Assembly (NCBI RefSeq): GCF_000013905.1
Contig: NC_007969.1
Location: 1,800,001 to 1,832,000, forward strand
Reading direction: 5' to 3'
Length of the DNA stretch: 32,000 nucleotides
DNA from: Psychrobacter cryohalolentis K5
GTDB taxonomy: Bacteria; Pseudomonadota; Gammaproteobacteria; Pseudomonadales; Moraxellaceae
Every line of letters begins with the position of its first letter. Positions within the stretch are counted from its first letter, which is position 1. The notes beneath the pieces were generated by a model. The model made no database searches and was not told the DNA's origin. It was given only the letters and a program-made list of their open reading frames with translations. A program made the translations under genes and the position numbers. Shown one piece after another: positions 28,635-32,000 of the stretch.

Positions 28635-29595
28635 ATACCCCCTATAAGCTATATCAAGGTGCAATGGATTTTTCAGAAATTAAGTATTCAATAGCTTATG
28701 TCAGTATCTAAAATAGTAAAAATGGCGATGATACATAGATGGCTGAATACATAAAGAAAACATAACATAGCATGTTTCAAAATTGAATCGATTAACAAAT
28801 AACCGTACAAATTTGACTTAAAATCTAATTACTAAGTAACTATACGTAAAGATAGAATGTGCAAAAATCTTAGTAAATAAGTTCATTTTTGCCCATCTTA
28901 TTTGTAATCAATTATGCATGAACTGTGATAAAAACTATAATTTTATTACTCCCTATAAATATATAAGATTATGATTTAATTACTAATATTTTCAAATACC
29001 ATTCTTGCAAATTATACCTAATATTCAGTATTTAGGATTGAATACCAGTCTGTTTTATTCCTTGTCTTTTACAATTATTTGCGTTAATCTCGTCTTAGTG
29101 TCATTTATACATAACCCGTACAGACCTACTAAGAAAGTTAGCATTTAATTATATTGTCGTTGTAGCTCATCCGTATAGTTAGCAACTTGTAGATTTTAGA
29201 CTTTCAAAGTCACTACTTAATTAACGGTTTAATAACAAACTCATACGTAAAACTCTCGAAACCCTTTATTAACTTAGCAATGTTAAAAAGGCTGTTTATC
29301 GAATATTAGTATCTGATTTTAGTTGTTGATGAATATTTTAATTAAGATTGTTAACTATCATTTGAGCGTGTCATAAGTGGATTATTTACAATCATCAATC
29401 CAGTTATGATCATGAATTAAAAATTACCATACGTTAGAACTTATAAAAGCCGAATGATAAAATCAGTCATTATAAAGAAGATAGATTGATATCGGTTTTG
29501 GAGTTTGCGGTATTGTTAGATTGGTCTAACACTATCTCGCTCAATCTAAGATGTTTTTAGAGTTAGGTTCTAAGGTATAAGTCATAGAGGTATTT
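28635..29595. other. About 1 kb ORF-free, strongly AT-rich spacer between rodA and rlpA
   Basis: No ORF of 60 aa or more in any frame in the supplied track. By hand count there are 14 G+C in the 60 nt at 28981-29040, against 31 of 60 in rodA at 28021-28080. Confidence 0.8.
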
Positions 29596-30216
29596 ATGAA
29601 TAAGCGTTTATCTGGTTTACTTACAATGTCAGCGGTACTATTTGCTGGCTCTGCAATCGCTTCTAATGCAAATGCTGTAGAATCAAGAACCTCCCTTGCT
29701 ATGATCTCGCAAGATAACGCCTCCCATATCGACCGCGTACTTGGTGAACTTAGTCGTCAACATGATGGCGCATCAAGCTTAGTCAAGTCTGCACGCCAAC
29801 CTGCTTCATTAGCGCTTAGCAGCTCACTGTTAGCCAGTGATACCGCCCAAGTCAGTAATGATGAAGATGTGTTAGAGCGCTTAACAGCTGTTGCCTCTAA
29901 CTCTGTCAGTAAATTCAAGCAAACCGGTTTAGCTTCTTGGTATGGTCGCCAGTTTCATGGTCGCAAAACCGCCAGTGGTGAAACTTTTGATATGAATGGT
30001 TTAACGGCTGCACATCGCTCATTGCCATTAAACTGCTATGTTAGAGTGACTAACAAAACCAATGGTAAAAGCGTCATCGTTAAAGTAAATGATCGTGGTC
30101 CGTTCCATGGTAATCGTGTGATGGATTTATCTTATGGTGCTGCCAAAAAACTTGGTATTACTGCTAAAGGTGTCGGCAACGTCGCTATTGAACGTGTTTC
30201 AGGACCTTCTTCTTAA
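29596..30216 (+). CDS. rlpA: RlpA-family lytic transglycosylase (DPBB domain only, no SPOR domain)
   Basis: GLASWYGRQFHGRKTASGETFDMNGLTAAHRSLPLNCYVRVTN...VNDRGPF is the RlpA double-psi beta-barrel signature. It has a Sec signal peptide without a lipobox Cys. GAGG lies upstream. Confidence 0.9.
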   Translation: MNKRLSGLLTMSAVLFAGSAIASNANAVESRTSLAMISQDNASHIDRVLGELSRQHDGASSLVKSARQPASLALSSSLLASDTAQVSNDEDVLERLTAVASNSVSKFKQTGLASWYGRQFHGRKTASGETFDMNGLTAAHRSLPLNCYVRVTNKTNGKSVIVKVNDRGPFHGNRVMDLSYGAAKKLGITAKGVGNVAIERVSGPSS

Positions 30217-30287
30217 ACCATTAACGTTTTAGACCATTCGCGGTTTAAGCCTTTAACGGTTTTGTACAAATATTTTTAGATTTAACT

Positions 30288-30323
30288 AAAAGCGCCTAAC
30301 TAATTGATAGTTAGGCGCTTTTT
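30288..30323. terminator. Bidirectional rho-independent terminator between convergent rlpA and radA
   Basis: aaaa-gcgcctaact-aattgat-agttaggcgc-ttttt: a 10-bp stem. Confidence 0.85.
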
Positions 30324-30372
30324 CGTGTCTTAAATTTATAAGGTTTATAGTTATAAATGTTAGATCAACAAA

Positions 30373-31818
30373 CTATAACTCGAATGCACTCGCAATCGCA
30401 TCATCAAGACGTTCGACTGCAATGACATTAATGCCTTTAAACTGCGGCGCATCTTTGGCAGGCGCATTGGCTTTAGGAATAATGGCATGCTTAAAACCAT
30501 GCTTCATGGCTTCCTTTAAACGCTCTTGTCCATTGGGTACAGGACGAATTTCTCCTGATAACCCCACTTCACCAAAGACCGCCAACGACGATGGCAAGGC
30601 TTTTTCTCTAATGCTAGATGCACAGGCTAATAATACTGCCAAGTCTGACCCTGTTTCTATGACTTTGACACCGCCAACAACGTTGACATAGACATCTTGC
30701 CCGCTGGTATGGATACCGCCATGGCGATGCATCACTGCTAACAGCATAGACAAGCGCTGAAAGTCTAATCCTAATGCCATACGTCTTGGTGAGCCTTGCG
30801 AGTCATCAACTAAGGCTTGTACCTCTACCAATAGCGGTCTTGTGCCTTCTCGGCTGACCATAACCACAGAACCCGCCACGGGCTTATCATAGCGGCTCAA
30901 AAATATCGCTGATGGATTGGCAACCTCTTTTAGTCCCATATCCGTCATGCCAAAAATACCTAGCTCATTGACCGCGCCAAAACGGTTTTTAACGGCACGA
31001 ATCATACGAAAACGCGAATCAGACTGACCCTCAAAGTACAATACCGTATCGACCATATGCTCAAGAACGCGTGGACCAGCAAGCGTGCCTTCTTTGGTGA
31101 CATGTCCCACTAGAAACAGCGCTGTACCTGTTTGCTTAGCATAACGCGTCAAAATCGCCGCTGACTCTCGAATTTGACTGACCCCGCCTGGTGCAGAGTT
31201 AATCGCATCAGTATAAATAGTCTGAATAGAATCAATAATAGCAATTGCTGGCTGCTCTTGAGTCAAGGCAGCACAAATAGTCTCGACATTGGTTTCAGCA
31301 AGCACACGAAGTCTGTCCGCAGGCAAATCCAAGCGCTTTGCCCGCATAGCAACCTGTGCCAATGATTCCTCACCAGTCACATACAAAGCGCTTCCTGCCA
31401 GTGAATCCGCTTTTGCCATATTGGTCGCGGTTTGCAATAGAATGGTCGATTTTCCGATACCGGGATCACCACCAATCAGTACCACAGAACCTGCAACCAA
31501 TCCACCGCCCAACACACGATCAAATTCACTAATACCCGTCGGCAACCTAGTATCTAAACCTACGCTCACCGCATTGAGCGGCATCACAGCACTATGCGTT
31601 CCTGCATAATTGCCCGCCGGTGTACCAGCACCACTTGCATTACGAGGTATGGCGCGACCAGCATTGGGCTTTGCTACGTTTTTATTATGATGTGGCATAC
31701 TGACGTTAGGCGCTTCAGTCAAGGTATTCCATTCGCCGCAATCACTGCATTGCCCTGCCCACTTGCCAAAATTAGCACCGCAAGCTTGACAGACATAACT
31801 GGTTTTATTTTTTGCCAT
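30373..31818 (-). CDS. radA: DNA repair protein RadA (Sms)
   Basis: N-terminal zinc finger CQACGANFGKWAGQCSDCGEW, Walker A GGDPGIGKST, the KNRFG motif and a Lon-protease-like C-terminal domain. Confidence 0.95.
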   Translation of the reverse strand: MAKNKTSYVCQACGANFGKWAGQCSDCGEWNTLTEAPNVSMPHHNKNVAKPNAGRAIPRNASGAGTPAGNYAGTHSAVMPLNAVSVGLDTRLPTGISEFDRVLGGGLVAGSVVLIGGDPGIGKSTILLQTATNMAKADSLAGSALYVTGEESLAQVAMRAKRLDLPADRLRVLAETNVETICAALTQEQPAIAIIDSIQTIYTDAINSAPGGVSQIRESAAILTRYAKQTGTALFLVGHVTKEGTLAGPRVLEHMVDTVLYFEGQSDSRFRMIRAVKNRFGAVNELGIFGMTDMGLKEVANPSAIFLSRYDKPVAGSVVMVSREGTRPLLVEVQALVDDSQGSPRRMALGLDFQRLSMLLAVMHRHGGIHTSGQDVYVNVVGGVKVIETGSDLAVLLACASSIREKALPSSLAVFGEVGLSGEIRPVPNGQERLKEAMKHGFKHAIIPKANAPAKDAPQFKGINVIAVERLDDAIASAFEL

Positions 31819-32000
31819 AATATAGAAGCCTTATGCAGGTGTTCAAGTTTAAAAGAGAGAGTATATGAAAGGGAATGACGCTTATAAGCGTATTTTTGAA
31901 GATAAGAACTAAAGTATAAATATTAAGATAAACAAGCAGTTGCTGTAAGAAGCAATGTTTTATAGAAGGATTTTTGCAAACGGCACAATATAGAGATGGC

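Noticed and set aside
28800-29260. Repeated 9-10-mers in the rodA-rlpA spacer (taattactaa twice, atacgtaaa twice, ataacc(c)gtaca twice)
   Set aside because: In about 1 kb of DNA this AT-rich, a few exact 9-10-mer coincidences are expected by chance. There is no regular spacing or array structure, so this is not a CRISPR or tandem repeat.
30422-31878. Plus-strand ORFs of 63-106 aa
   Set aside because: They are antisense to radA, whose motifs are complete and in order. The last one merely runs from the radA 5' end into the upstream spacer.

Overview
This window reads as a mostly housekeeping chromosomal segment of an AT-rich gammaproteobacterium. Gene content, protein sequences and local synteny look Moraxellaceae/Psychrobacter-like, but that is inference only. 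I can support about 31 protein genes: dnaB (3' part), alr, argF, rpiA, arsRCHB, ilvA, hslR, an LMW tyrosine phosphatase, murB, a DUF218 protein, ccoS, a DsbD_2-type membrane protein, a DEAD-box helicase, a cold-shock protein, aroQ, an ABC1 kinase, a Kv-type K+ channel, yebC, ogt, ftsY, two M16 peptidases, an M15 peptidase, rodA, rlpA and radA. There are also several clean bidirectional rho-independent terminators. I saw no rRNA or tRNA genes, CRISPR arrays, transposases, integrases or recognisable defence genes. The only clearly accessory block is the arsenic operon arsR-arsC-arsH-arsB (minus strand, 4233-7263), which sits between rpiA and ilvA. I do not find a convincing multi-gene novel system. 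The observations most worth a second look are listed below.
- A perfect 23-bp inverted repeat engulfs the arsR start codon.
- A roughly 1-kb ORF-free, very AT-rich spacer lies between rodA and rlpA.
- An untracked 50-codon lipoprotein ORF and a hairpin element lie in the 780-bp ftsY/M16 spacer.
- A voltage-sensor K+ channel carries a C-terminal zinc ribbon.
- An orphan ccoS sits next to a Cys-motif membrane protein with a His/Met-rich tail.
All functional calls come from motif recognition by eye. No searches were run.
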